A stretch of 63,626 nucleotides of DNA, filler included, from Octopus bimaculoides (lineage: Eukaryota), in the NCBI RefSeq assembly GCF_001194135.2. It is 8 parts of 8 records of this genome, joined end to end, with 100 filler letters (N's around TTAATTAATTAA, not from the genome) between each part and the next. Parts side by side here need not be neighbours in the genome. Positions count along the whole stretch, not along the records: positions 60,478 to 63,626 come from NC_069003.1; 7 more parts are not named here. The stretch is one strand, 5' to 3'. Position 1 is the first letter of the stretch; every line of letters starts with the position of its first letter. The notes under the pieces were generated by a model. That model did no database searches and was not told where the DNA came from. It saw nothing but the letters and a program-made list of their open reading frames with translations. A program made the translations under genes and the position numbers. This document shows, piece by piece, positions 62,508 through 63,626 of this stretch.

Positions 62508-62971
62508 GTGAGTTAACGCTTGATTCATTAATGCAAGGGACTCTAGAATAGCCGGTGTTTTCGACTTCACTGTGTCCCATCAACCAGAGGCATTCCCGGA
62601 TAAATGAATCTACGCAAGAGTCGAAATACCTGTTTCTAATTTCAATGAAATAAAACTGTTTTATGACTCCTGCTGATATCTGCCAACGAACAATAAATTG
62701 TCATGTCAACAGTGAAGAACAAGAATCAAATCGATGACTTGCATATTTATTTGTAATGCATTCAAATCTGAAAAGTCTTAAAAATGAATATGCAAGTCAT
62801 TGATGTGGTCCACACTGTTCACCGTCTATAAGACGATTTATCATCTAATAACATTAGTTTTAAATTTTGGCACAAGGCCAGCAATTTCAAAGGAGGGGGA
62901 AAGTCGATTAAATCGATCCCAGTGCTCAACTGGTGCTTATTTTATCAACTCCAAAGGATGAATTAAATATA

Positions 62972-63370
62972 GGCGCAGGAGTGGCTGTGTGGTACGTAGC
63001 TTGCTTACGAACCACATGGTTGTGGGTTCAGTCCCACTGCGTGGCACCTTGAGCAAGTGTCTTCTACTATAGCCTCGGGCCGACCAAAGCCTTGTGAGTG
63101 GATTTGATAGACGGAAACTGAAAGAAGCCCGTCGTATATATGTACATATATATATATGTATGTGTGTTTGTGTGTCTGTGTTTGTCCCCCCACCATCGCT
63201 TGACAACCGATGCTGGTGTGCTTACGTCCCCGTAACTTAGCGGTTCGGCAAAAAGAGACCGATAGAATAAGTACTAGGCTTACAAAGAATAAGTCCTGGG
63301 GTCGATTTGCTCGACCAAAGGCGGTGGTCCAGCATGGCCGCAGTCAAATGACTGAAACAAGTAAAAGAGA
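62972..63370 (+). mobile_element. SINE family A, full length and young
   Basis: GGCGCAGGAGTGGCTGTGTGG A box, GGGTTCAGTCC B box, internal (TA)(TG) tract, tail GAAACAAGTAAAAGAG. Many partial copies, e.g. 9190-9470, 13420-13560, 56375-56515, 56715-56870(-), 57360-57510 and 58020-58245. Confidence 0.9.
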
Positions 63371-63626
63371 GTATAGATACACGCATATGTACGCACACAC
63401 TCATAGTAGTAGATGACAAATTGTAATGCACACGATGAACAGCATGAATAACAAGATGACTTGCATGTATATTATTACAAAGGAAGCTCGATCTGCTAGA
63501 AATAGCAACTAAATCTCATATTATCGTCTTTACAAATTGACACATTGGGTAATGTGTCTAAATACAATACAGGTTAGTTCATAGGTTGGGATCACCTATG
63601 AATTGATATATATATATATATATATA

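Overview
AT-rich, repeat-saturated, gappy animal genomic DNA. The SINE and RTE families and the nad5-trnF order point to an octopod cephalopod (inference). No ORF in the supplied track is a complete host gene. Reading splice signals by eye gives at least three, possibly four, small + strand exons at 58.4-62.5 kb that together look like the HormR/GAIN ectodomain of an adhesion GPCR, so much of the window may be intron of, or upstream of, that gene. The rest consists of: several tRNA-derived SINE families; RTE, R4/Dong, Tx1/L1 and Penelope-like (PLE) retroelement fragments; Tc1/mariner, Sola-like and piggyBac-type DNA transposon relics; an old mitochondrial insertion (nad5 + trnF); microsatellites; and assembly artefacts (Illumina adapter, TTAATTAATTAA gap linkers). 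The most notable unannotated layer is a set of minimal type I hammerhead ribozyme (HHR) motifs from several unrelated sequence families. One is part of a recurring module (PLE endonuclease end + tRNA-like Pol III head + (AAT)n + HHR) present three times. Another lies inside a 244-bp near-perfect palindrome. All calls are by-eye; no database search or folding computation was run.
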